Shown here: piece by piece, positions 28,821 to 37,760 of the stretch
Layout: each line of letters starts with the position of its first letter
How positions within the stretch are numbered: position 1 is the stretch's first letter
NCBI GenBank assembly: GCA_013360285.1
Contig: JABWCM010000005.1
Location: 2,149-66,148 of the forward strand
Reading direction: 5' to 3'
Source: Myxococcales bacterium
Lineage (GTDB): Bacteria > Myxococcota_A > UBA9042 > JABWCM01
Length of the DNA stretch: 64,000 bases
The notes under the pieces: generated by a model
The model's input: the letters and a program-made list of their open reading frames with translations, nothing else
Databases searched by the model: none
Told to the model about the DNA's origin: nothing
Translations under genes and position numbers: made by a program

Positions 28821-30359
28821 TTATTCAACGATGTGGACCTTCAGCATGTTGGTGCCTCCGCGTGGCCAGGGTGGTTGTCCACCGCAGAGTACGAGTAGGT
28901 CTCCCTTTTTGACCATATTTAGTGTTCGCAGCCTCTTTTCGAACAGTGCGACACGGTTGTCGAAATTCATGTTGTCGGTTTCATCCAAAACGATGGGGTA
29001 GGTTCCGTAACTTAACAACAATTCACGCATGACTTGGTTGTCCGTTCCTGCCGCAACAATGGCCATATGCGGTCGGAAACGAGAGATTCTGCGCGCGGAT
29101 GCGCCGCTTGCGGTCACAGCAGCGATCAGATTGCTGCCAATCGCGTCAGCCAACGCAACGACCGAGTGGGCAATTTTGTCGTTGATCTGAGCTAACGCCT
29201 CCGAGTCGGATGCTCCCCGTGCTTCGTAACTGTCCATGAGTACACGGTCATTTTCAGCTTGAGTACGATTCGACGTTCTCCACAACTCCGCCCGCAATGC
29301 GATACGGTGCATCATTTCGATTGTGGCGTGGGGTCTGTCGCCTCGAGATGTTTCACCGGATAACATCACCGCATCGCAGCCGTCCAGAATGGCGTTGAAC
29401 ACATCGGTAACCTCCGCACGCGTCGGTTCGAGGTTAAAAGTCATCGATTCAAGCATCTGCGTTGCGATAATACATGGTTTCGCGGCAACACGACACAAAT
29501 ACGCCAAACGTTTCTGAACTTGGGGTACCTCCTCAATTTCCAACTGCAAACCGAGGTCCCCACGAGCAACCATAATGGCGTCTGCTTCTTCGACGATGGA
29601 ACGGATGTTGGAAACCGCCGAGGCGGTTTCGATTTTGGCAATGAGCGGGACAGGCCGCCGACAGCCCAACGTGTCGCGAATGTAATAACGAATACGCCGC
29701 AGGTCCTCAGCAGAACGGACAAACGAAACGCCCACAAAAGTAACCTGGTTTTCAACGAGAAACTTTAGATCGACCCGATCTTTGGCGGTAAATCCCTCGA
29801 TGTCGAGATCCACTCCGCGAGGAGTAAAGCCCATTCGACTCCGTATTTTCCCACCTACACGTACACGGGCACGAGCTTCGCCATTTTTTGGCGCAAAGAC
29901 GTCCAAAACCACTTCTCCGTCTCCCAGAAGTAACTGAATCGACTGAGAATCGGTGCGACATGCTTGGGAAATTCCATTAAAAACCGCGGTTCCGAGCGGA
30001 TCCGGGATAGGAAGGACATCTGTTGATGCGCTGTCTGGTGCTACGCGAATGACCAAGTCCTGGTGTTGTTCCAGCACATCGTTTTCTTGAGCCAATTGGC
30101 CCACTCTCACCTTGGGTCCTTGCAGGTCCCCCAGTGAGGCGAGACGTGCGCCGGTGTCTGGGACACCGACCGTTTGAAGCCATTGCAGAATTTCGTGCTC
30201 TTTTGCGTAATCTGGATCACAGTGGCTCATGTTTAGCCTTGCTACGTCCATTCCGCACGCGGCGAATTCCTCCAACATTTTTGGATAAGAGCCTCCATGG
30301 TTACGACCAATGGTGGCAACGATTTTGGTTAGGCGTTGTTCGACGGATTTCCAGTGCAT
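28821..30359 (-). CDS. pyk: Pyruvate kinase
   Basis: TKIVATIG N-terminal motif. MVARGDLG active-site motif. Trailing C-terminal regulatory domain. Confidence 0.8.
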   Translation of the reverse strand: MHWKSVEQRLTKIVATIGRNHGGSYPKMLEEFAACGMDVARLNMSHCDPDYAKEHEILQWLQTVGVPDTGARLASLGDLQGPKVRVGQLAQENDVLEQHQDLVIRVAPDSASTDVLPIPDPLGTAVFNGISQACRTDSQSIQLLLGDGEVVLDVFAPKNGEARARVRVGGKIRSRMGFTPRGVDLDIEGFTAKDRVDLKFLVENQVTFVGVSFVRSAEDLRRIRYYIRDTLGCRRPVPLIAKIETASAVSNIRSIVEEADAIMVARGDLGLQLEIEEVPQVQKRLAYLCRVAAKPCIIATQMLESMTFNLEPTRAEVTDVFNAILDGCDAVMLSGETSRGDRPHATIEMMHRIALRAELWRTSNRTQAENDRVLMDSYEARGASDSEALAQINDKIAHSVVALADAIGSNLIAAVTASGASARRISRFRPHMAIVAAGTDNQVMRELLLSYGTYPIVLDETDNMNFDNRVALFEKRLRTLNMVKKGDLLVLCGGQPPWPRGGTNMLKVHIVE

Positions 30360-30400
30360 GTTGTTTCGTTTCGTTATGAATGAGGTCAGCCTTTCTTATG

Positions 30401-31345
30401 TTAGCCTTTGTCAAGAAGCTGAACGTCTTTGACACGGACCTTGACAGGCACTTTGCCGACCAGGACCCGAACCCCACCTTTGCCGTCGAGTTCAACCACC
30501 TGACCGTCTCTTCCGGAAAACAATCCAACGGTGACCTTAACTCGGCTGTTGATTTGCAACTCGGCTGCGTTGGCCTTTTTTGCTTTCTTGTCCTCTTTTA
30601 TTGCCTTCTGGAGGCTAATAAAGTCATTATCACGCCTCCACGACGCGAACGCATAAAGTGACAGCAAGCCGGACAGTGTTTCGCGGACTGTTTGGACTAC
30701 ATTTTCACCGAGGGAGGTTATTTCGTCACGTGACAACGTCCTGACAAATTGTAGCCACTCCCCACCGTTGTCATTGAGTAAGTGGTTCACTGCGGTACGG
30801 ATATGTTTTTCTTCAACATCGAATGGATTCACCGTCACTTCACCGCTTACGAACCGCACACCGGCAGGCAGCATTTTGAGCAGGTCGGTAAACAACTGTC
30901 GTTCGTACGGAACGTCGACTTTTTGTAAAAAATTGCGGAGATCGAGACTGGCGTGTCGATGAATTCCGAACAGGATGTCTAGGCCATTAAAATGAAGTTT
31001 AAGCCCAACAATGGCGTGAAGATGATGAAGTGCGGGATCGCCTACCTGAACTTCTACGGAGTGTTCGCTGTCTATCTTCGCGGTGAGCCGTTTTTGTTCT
31101 TCATGGTTGCGAACCAGAAACACCCACTGAGAATCGACTCGGCGGTGGTTAAAAAGGGTAGGGTGATCATGCGATGACGTTTGTTCTAGGCCGAAAATGG
31201 CTTGGCGTTCGGTCGGGAACACCAGTTTCGCCAACGCCTCGGCGTTTTCCCGTGCTCGCATTCGTTCAAGATTGAAACGATTTGACGTCCATTTTTTCTC
31301 ATCGTATGCGTCGAAGTCTTTTTCGGAAAAGCCTGCAAAACCCAT
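30401..31345 (-). CDS. Hypothetical protein with KOW-like C-terminal motif
   Basis: 314 aa with no family recognised. The C-terminus is VKVTVGLFSGRDGQVVELDGKGGVRVLVGKVPVKVRVKDVQLL. Confidence 0.4.
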   Translation of the reverse strand: MGFAGFSEKDFDAYDEKKWTSNRFNLERMRARENAEALAKLVFPTERQAIFGLEQTSSHDHPTLFNHRRVDSQWVFLVRNHEEQKRLTAKIDSEHSVEVQVGDPALHHLHAIVGLKLHFNGLDILFGIHRHASLDLRNFLQKVDVPYERQLFTDLLKMLPAGVRFVSGEVTVNPFDVEEKHIRTAVNHLLNDNGGEWLQFVRTLSRDEITSLGENVVQTVRETLSGLLSLYAFASWRRDNDFISLQKAIKEDKKAKKANAAELQINSRVKVTVGLFSGRDGQVVELDGKGGVRVLVGKVPVKVRVKDVQLLDKG

Positions 31346-31502
31346 ATAAATCCGCCGCCGTGTATCACCCCTTTACCAACCCGGGCGCAAGATAGCAACC
31401 TCTGGCGCTTTTCGCTACCTCTATGTAGATGGGATCGGACAATTCTGAGAGGGATTGTGACAAAGAACCGGGCGAAGCTCTCATCTCAGAAGTTCTTTAT
31501 GG

Positions 31503-32699
31503 TTACTGTGCCTTGGGGCACTGAACGTCGGTGTATTCGGCGGAGATGACATCACTAAGATAACGACCGGAAGCAAGGAGTCCGGCGAGCTGTTTCGCTT
31601 GATTCTGAGCGGAACCGGGGCCGACGGACTCCTGAATTGGCAATTCGATGGTACCGTGCAAAACCGGAGCGTGGACGATGTGGGTGTGCAACAGATCATG
31701 GCCGATCACAAACGTAAGTTTACGCCCGGTGTGTGTGCTCGTTGCTTCTACAAGTGTTGTCAGTCCGGCCGGGTTCAAACCGATGCGGATAGACGGGCTA
31801 TCGCCGTCGTCGGCTGCTTCGGCCGTAAGCAAATTGTCCTGAGTCAATAACGGCGGATGTTCTACCGATACGAGCCGCCACGTAGGCCTACTGCCGGCGT
31901 GATCTTTTTGGGGATGGGTACGTTCGATGGTGATCGTGGCATTCGGCAGCAAGCCAAACATTTGCTCGGCAAACTGCTTTAGATCTGCGGCGTGGGTGGA
32001 TTCGATTGTTGGGTCTGTTGAATGGTGCGACAGCATAAGTGTTGCGGACTGTTCGGGGTACAATTTGGCGAAATCGGCCAATTTGTTCTCCAATTCCGGT
32101 ACGGTAAAAAGGCCCGAATTTATCCAGGAGACCGAAAACAGATTGTCTTGGCTCAGCCAACGCTGAATGGCGGGTGCATCCGACAACGGGGCTTGGAAGG
32201 TGAGAACGACTCCTTGCCCCGAATGATGCGGTGTGGTGATGACCTCTTTGGCTCCAAGTGCTTCCGCCCGAGCTTTACTAACTTTAGCAACGATGTCGGT
32301 GTCGGTGTTTGCGGTTAACACCGCCAAGGACAAAACACACAGAGTAGGTGCGCCGTTAAGCTGCGTAGGTTGTTCCGAAGACAGAGGATCGAATTCTACG
32401 ATCGGCGTTTTTTGCGGCAGGGATGGGCTCGGCAGAATCGGAACGCCGGGGTCCGATTGGCCGACCCGTTGTTTGAACACCAACTCGTCGACTTGATTGT
32501 CCAAGTCGACAACGGTTTGTTTTAGTTCTTCCAATTCTGATCGTAATCCCCTGACTTCGTTAGATAACTTAGTGAGTTCTGAACTGTGTTGGGGAGGCGG
32601 CGGTGATTTTGAACAGGAACAAACGACCACAACCAGCCACAGCACAAATGTGGGTATTGGTGTGCCTCGAACAAAAGTTCTTAGTTGCGGCCGAATCAT
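31503..32699 (-). CDS. Hypothetical membrane-anchored periplasmic protein with coiled coil
   Basis: N-terminal TM (PTFVLWLVVVVCSCS), then a coiled coil (LRSELEELKQTVVDLDNQVDEL) and a ~300-aa periplasmic domain. Confidence 0.4.
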   Translation of the reverse strand: MIRPQLRTFVRGTPIPTFVLWLVVVVCSCSKSPPPPQHSSELTKLSNEVRGLRSELEELKQTVVDLDNQVDELVFKQRVGQSDPGVPILPSPSLPQKTPIVEFDPLSSEQPTQLNGAPTLCVLSLAVLTANTDTDIVAKVSKARAEALGAKEVITTPHHSGQGVVLTFQAPLSDAPAIQRWLSQDNLFSVSWINSGLFTVPELENKLADFAKLYPEQSATLMLSHHSTDPTIESTHAADLKQFAEQMFGLLPNATITIERTHPQKDHAGSRPTWRLVSVEHPPLLTQDNLLTAEAADDGDSPSIRIGLNPAGLTTLVEATSTHTGRKLTFVIGHDLLHTHIVHAPVLHGTIELPIQESVGPGSAQNQAKQLAGLLASGRYLSDVISAEYTDVQCPKAQ

Positions 32700-33037
32700 G
32701 GTTTTTCGGTATGACGCCGTACCAAAACACCGGCGACGTGATCGGCTGTAAAATGAATGGGAGTACCGGGTTGTAGGCCGCGAATATAATGTGGTTGATT
32801 GTCAAGCAAACCAACGTAAGTGGTGTCGCCTATATCGGTGATTTCCACCCAAAGATACTCGGCACGGGTCTCGTCGTCGGGTCGATTTGTTTTTCGGCAA
32901 AACAACAATTCGGCGTTGTCGCCAACCCGCAAATCAATGGCTGTGGGTACGACCGGCGAATGAGGCGGGAAGGGGCCGGAACCAGCACGTTCGTTCATCG
33001 TTATGATCCACCATTCATCTTTTGTTTCGTGCGCCAT
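32696..33037 (-). CDS. Hypothetical small protein
   Basis: 113 aa. It overlaps the upstream gene by 4 bp, which suggests co-transcription. Confidence 0.4.
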   Translation of the reverse strand: MAHETKDEWWIITMNERAGSGPFPPHSPVVPTAIDLRVGDNAELLFCRKTNRPDDETRAEYLWVEITDIGDTTYVGLLDNQPHYIRGLQPGTPIHFTADHVAGVLVRRHTEKP

Positions 33038-33259
33038 GGTGCGGACCTCCGATTTACGCCAAACCTACATTCCCAAATTTTACGGCGACCAGAAATTCCC
33101 TGCAACCGGTTGGAGACAACGGCAGAAAACTAGGCGGTATTTTCCCCAAGTATGCCGATGAACGAAATAAAACTTTGTGTGAATTCTGATGATGGGAGAG
33201 GGGTTATGGCCGGGTGGAGGTTACCCGGCCAGTTAACTGACCGGGCTGTGAAGCGAACC

Positions 33260-36200
33260 CTAGTCTTTGATGCAGATAATACCAGCGAAGTAACGAACCG
33301 AGGTTGACTCGTTACCGCCTGAGGGCCCGTAGCCGGTACCGACGTTGTTGACGCTCAAGTCGGCGCCGTCAGCACTGGTCGTGTGAAGGTAAGTCGCCGT
33401 TGTTGGCGTTGTACCCTTTACACGCAGATACTCGCGGTATTTGGTGTAGTTTTCCCACTCGCTGTCGCCGCAGCAGGGTCCACCGCCGGGTGGGCAGTGA
33501 TTGCTTGCAGTACCCGATACCATTCCGTTTGGCGAACCCGAGAAGTTGTTGTCGGAATAATAACATTCGTTGATGTTCCGGTTGTTACGCCAGGACGCCT
33601 CATCGATACCACCGCATTTTCCGTCCGCACCTTCTTCGGTACCTTGGGCGTTACACGTCGTGCTGGGGTGATAGGTGTTACACGAAGTGCAGCCCTGAGC
33701 GAAGTTCTGCTGATCCGAAGGCAACATTTTGTCCAACCGCCATTCGCTCATCGTCGGCGTACCGGCATTGGAAGTCGAACCACAACCGGTGTTGCCGTAA
33801 GAGCTGCAACCCCAGGTCCAGGCGACGTTCCAGTTGTAGCCGGACCATCCGCATTGATTGTGATACGCTTTCTGGCCGGAAACAACGATGTTCCCGTTTG
33901 CCACCTTACGTGCGGCATACTCGGCTGCGGTTGCCCAGTGCCAACCGGTCGGGCATTGGTAATCATAAGTCGGGTTCCAAATCGTCGATTTGGCAATGGC
34001 ATACGCGATGTTGGGATCGGCCAAACTGACACGCCAACCGCCACAGTTATCCGATGTGTCCATCCAGGCCAATGGTCCGGCGGAAACATTTTTCTTACAC
34101 ATAATACCGGCAAACGAAGTGATGGTTTCGTCGGCGCCGGAATCAAGGAATGCGTCGTAGTTACCCGCATGTTTGTATCGACCGGTGACATTGGAGTCGG
34201 AGAACCGGAAATAAGTTCGTGACCGACCACGCCATACATAAGCCGACCATCCACACATGTCGTGATAGGCGTATGGACCTTGGTTGTAGTTGCCAAGTCC
34301 GGTTTTGAAACTCGCGTCCCCTTCCGCGGTGGTCATCCAGTGGTAACCATCTGGGCAAGTGTACACTTTGTTGGGGTTCCACAAGGTGCTTTTGGACACC
34401 ATGTAATACACATCCGGGTCAAAGAACGACTGACGGAAACCGCCGCAGTTGTCGCTGCGATCCCACCAATCCAGGGGGCCTTCAACGTAGTTGTCCTGGA
34501 TACAAACAATACCGGCAAAGCTCGTGAGAGTTCCATCCGTAGCGTGGGCCGACGTTTCATGGGACTCCGAGTGCAGGTAGCGGTTGTTGGTTGCCGAATC
34601 GGAGAACCGGAAGTACGTACGGGTTTGACCATGCCATACCTGGGCACTCCAACCGCATTGGTTCGAGTAGCGGTAAAACGAGCCGGTAGACGGTTGATTG
34701 TCCATGATCGCTTTGTATTCCGCCGAAGAAGCCCAGTGATAACCGGTCGGGCACTGGTAGGGATAGGTTTTATTCCAAACGTTTTGGCGCGCCACGGCGT
34801 ACCGGATTTGGGGTGCCCAAGAAGATTGGCGGAACCCTTTGCAGTCATCGTCGGTCAGCATCCAATCGGTCGTGCCCGGCTTCGGATACGGATCGTCGGT
34901 GATTTTCTTACAGATAATACCCGCAAAGTTAGCCGTTGTTGAGTTGGTCGTACCACGATATTGTTCGTAGTCGCCGGCGTGCATGTACCAGTTGTCAACG
35001 GCCGAGTTGGCAGTGCGGAAGAAATAACGGTTGAGACCCGACGCACCCCACACATAACCGTTCCAGCCGCAAGTACTGTAGTAGTTGTAATGGGTTGCGC
35101 TGTTGCTCGTGGTGAATGCCGCCTGAACGTCGGCGGTGGTTGCCCATACATAACCGGCGGGACAAGCATAGGGATAGGTTTTGTCCCATGTTCCCGACTT
35201 GGCAACGGCGAAGTAAAAACGCGGATCCCATTGGCTCTGGCGGAAACCACCGCAGTAATCGGTTTTATCCATCCAGTCGGTCGGGTCGGCTGCCGGATCC
35301 ACGTCGGCTTTGCAAACGATACCGGCGAAGTATTCGCTGCTTGCACCGTTGGCGATGTCGAACTGCACGGTGTAGGGATCGGCGTTACCCGCGTGTTTGT
35401 GGGCCAAAGTGGTCCCGTCTTTGAACGAATCGGCAAACCGGAAATGGTGGCGGGTCAAACCGTCGTTGAGTGCGCTGTAGCTGTTCCAGCCACACATATT
35501 CTGGTAAACACGGACACCTTCGTTGTTGGTCGTCTTAAACACCGAATAAGCTTCGGCGGTGGTTGCCCAATGATAACCGGTGGGGCATTGATAGTTGATG
35601 TTGGGGTCGTACCAGTTTTTGCGGGCAACGGCATAGTAGAATCGGCTATCAAACGTGCTTTGACGCCAACCATTACAACTGTCCTCGGTCAGCATCCAAT
35701 CCAGTGGCCCCGGAGTAGCCGTCGAGATACAGATAATCCCAGCGAAATCCTGAAGGGACATGGTGGTGCTGGTGGAGGTACCATCATACGACGTGGAGTC
35801 TTTATAAAAGCCGCTGTTCAGTTTGGAGTCGGAAGTACGGAACCAACGGCGATTTTTTCCACCCCACACCGTGCCGCTCCAACCGCATTGATTCTGGTAA
35901 ACCAACGCACCGGCTGCTTGTGGCCCGTTAAAAATCGCTTTCGCTTGATTTGTGGTCATCGGCACAAAGCCATTCGGGCAAGTATAGTTATAGTTCGGAT
36001 CCCACTGATTGGACTTCGCAACGGCATACCAAACGCGGGTATCCCACGTGCTTTGACGGAACCCACCACATTCATCGGTGGTGTCCATCCATGACGGCAT
36101 CAGATCCTGCCCACAGAGTTTGGGATTCGGTGTCGCAATGCCGCCGGAATATTCGCAGCGGTTACCCGGAGCGTAATAAACCCATTCACCGCCTGAAAGC

Positions 36201-37504
36201 ATGCTAAACGAGCTGGCGAGTTTCATGTGGGTGTCGGCCATGTATACATCCCGTTGGCAAACCTGCGTAGGCATCGCAGCGTTGCAAATGGCTTTTTGCA
36301 TCGATGGCGTCGCCGCGGCAAGGTTGTCCAACTTGTCGTTGAGGGTGTCTACTTGGTCCTGCGACGCGTAATAAGAAGCCGGTTGGCCACCTAAGGTCAA
36401 CGCGTCGGTCGAATCCCACACCGGTGAATAGTGGTATCCGTCCACCTTATCTGAGTCATTCGCGTAGTTAACCGTAATATTGTCGGGAATTTGAGCGTCC
36501 GTAGCAGTACCTGTCAACTCACTAAAGTTACTGATGGTCGCGTCATTTTGGCAGGTCCAGCCGGCGGCGCCATACTTCAGGATCTGGCCGGCCGCGCAGG
36601 TGGAGAGAAGACCAAACGACGTACCGGTCAGCGCCACACCGCCGTTGGCGGACGCGGTGTAAACCTGTCCAACGTTAATGCAGGTAGCGGTTCCATCCTG
36701 ATTGATCTTCATGATGGCGCCACCGGTGCAAGTCGTAGTGACCCGGCGTTGCACGTAGGTGTCGTCGATGTGGAAAATCGACCCGCTGGCGGTGAGCCCG
36801 GTACCCGCAAAGTATTGGGGACCTTCGTCATCGGTGCCGTCGGCAAAGTCCGACGGGATTCCGGTGAGTTGCGACCAGTCAACGGTGGCATTTCCGCTGT
36901 TCAGCAGGGTTTTCCAAGAGGTGCCGTCACAAAACGACAACATTCCCTGGTAATAACGGATGGTACCGGCAGCACCGGAGACGCACGCGTCGGTTGTTGG
37001 ACCCACTTGCAGGGTTCCAGACAGCGCCAAGGCATCTGCGTCCAGGTCGCCGACTTCGATGTCGTCGCCTACTTGCAGGAAGTCCGACGCGGGTACCCCG
37101 CCGAGAAACTGAGCGTCACCAGCGAGAACAGCAAATGGAACCGACAGAATTTTCTGTCGTGGCGCCAGGGCTTCGCCTTCAATAATGATCTCCAGCCAAA
37201 GGTCCGATTGGGACATCAACGCACTATCAAGTGCCGACGGTGTTCCACCAGACAAAACCAAACTCATGGTACCATCGGCCACCGCAACATCCTCAAACAC
37301 ACTGGATGTCCAGATTGCGCCGGCACCACCATCGGGCGCTGGGTAAATTTTTGCCTGAACCGTTGCCAGAACCCCGTCATAAGGGGATCCAGCCTGGTTA
37401 AGTTGCCCTGTATAGGGGACGGCCACTGGCACTGCCAAGGCCGGAGCCTGGAGCGCCATCATCAGGGCTAACGCTCCCAACAGTCGAAATCGAATCGAAC
37501 GCAT
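33260..37504 (-). CDS. Giant secreted protein (1,414 aa), paralog A: fibre-like N-terminal region, then six tandem ~125-aa Cys/Trp-rich modules and a Cys-rich C-terminus
   Basis: Signal peptide MRSIRFRLLGALALMMALQAPALA, with GGAGGTG upstream of the ATG at 37504. Six modules each begin D[WT]MxT[DE]DxC[GK]G[FW]RQS.[WF]D.R.[WY]YAV[AS][KR] and then contain YxCPxGYHWATT.E, QCGWSGY.W, YFRFSDS and FAGI[IV]C[IK]. About 60-75% identical to the 45928-50184 protein. Confidence 0.7.
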   Translation of the reverse strand: MRSIRFRLLGALALMMALQAPALAVPVAVPYTGQLNQAGSPYDGVLATVQAKIYPAPDGGAGAIWTSSVFEDVAVADGTMSLVLSGGTPSALDSALMSQSDLWLEIIIEGEALAPRQKILSVPFAVLAGDAQFLGGVPASDFLQVGDDIEVGDLDADALALSGTLQVGPTTDACVSGAAGTIRYYQGMLSFCDGTSWKTLLNSGNATVDWSQLTGIPSDFADGTDDEGPQYFAGTGLTASGSIFHIDDTYVQRRVTTTCTGGAIMKINQDGTATCINVGQVYTASANGGVALTGTSFGLLSTCAAGQILKYGAAGWTCQNDATISNFSELTGTATDAQIPDNITVNYANDSDKVDGYHYSPVWDSTDALTLGGQPASYYASQDQVDTLNDKLDNLAAATPSMQKAICNAAMPTQVCQRDVYMADTHMKLASSFSMLSGGEWVYYAPGNRCEYSGGIATPNPKLCGQDLMPSWMDTTDECGGFRQSTWDTRVWYAVAKSNQWDPNYNYTCPNGFVPMTTNQAKAIFNGPQAAGALVYQNQCGWSGTVWGGKNRRWFRTSDSKLNSGFYKDSTSYDGTSTSTTMSLQDFAGIICISTATPGPLDWMLTEDSCNGWRQSTFDSRFYYAVARKNWYDPNINYQCPTGYHWATTAEAYSVFKTTNNEGVRVYQNMCGWNSYSALNDGLTRHHFRFADSFKDGTTLAHKHAGNADPYTVQFDIANGASSEYFAGIVCKADVDPAADPTDWMDKTDYCGGFRQSQWDPRFYFAVAKSGTWDKTYPYACPAGYVWATTADVQAAFTTSNSATHYNYYSTCGWNGYVWGASGLNRYFFRTANSAVDNWYMHAGDYEQYRGTTNSTTANFAGIICKKITDDPYPKPGTTDWMLTDDDCKGFRQSSWAPQIRYAVARQNVWNKTYPYQCPTGYHWASSAEYKAIMDNQPSTGSFYRYSNQCGWSAQVWHGQTRTYFRFSDSATNNRYLHSESHETSAHATDGTLTSFAGIVCIQDNYVEGPLDWWDRSDNCGGFRQSFFDPDVYYMVSKSTLWNPNKVYTCPDGYHWMTTAEGDASFKTGLGNYNQGPYAYHDMCGWSAYVWRGRSRTYFRFSDSNVTGRYKHAGNYDAFLDSGADETITSFAGIMCKKNVSAGPLAWMDTSDNCGGWRVSLADPNIAYAIAKSTIWNPTYDYQCPTGWHWATAAEYAARKVANGNIVVSGQKAYHNQCGWSGYNWNVAWTWGCSSYGNTGCGSTSNAGTPTMSEWRLDKMLPSDQQNFAQGCTSCNTYHPSTTCNAQGTEEGADGKCGGIDEASWRNNRNINECYYSDNNFSGSPNGMVSGTASNHCPPGGGPCCGDSEWENYTKYREYLRVKGTTPTTATYLHTTSADGADLSVNNVGTGYGPSGGNESTSVRYFAGIICIKD

Positions 37505-37760
37505 CTCCGCACCTCCGCTACGTGGTTGGGGAACCTGCGCAGAATCCCCGGGGTTCACTGCACATATCACAGTCTCTCCGTACTCTCGCGTCACGGAAAG
37601 TTCAGAATAACTGTTTCTGCCCATTGATCCGGGATCTGCGAGCGCCAGTAATTTGCCGCCAGTCTTGGTACCCATCGAAACGCCTCTGCCAAATTGTCAA
37701 TAACACATCAAACACGCACCACGTCGTTCCGGCGCGGCTTTCACCGCACCCAGTTTTGGG

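Noticed and set aside
33383-36094. Long plus-strand ORFs (279 aa, 226 aa, 377 aa) inside the giant gene
   Set aside because: They are antisense shadows of the repetitive, codon-biased giant minus-strand CDS, with Arg/Gly/Val-rich low-complexity translations.
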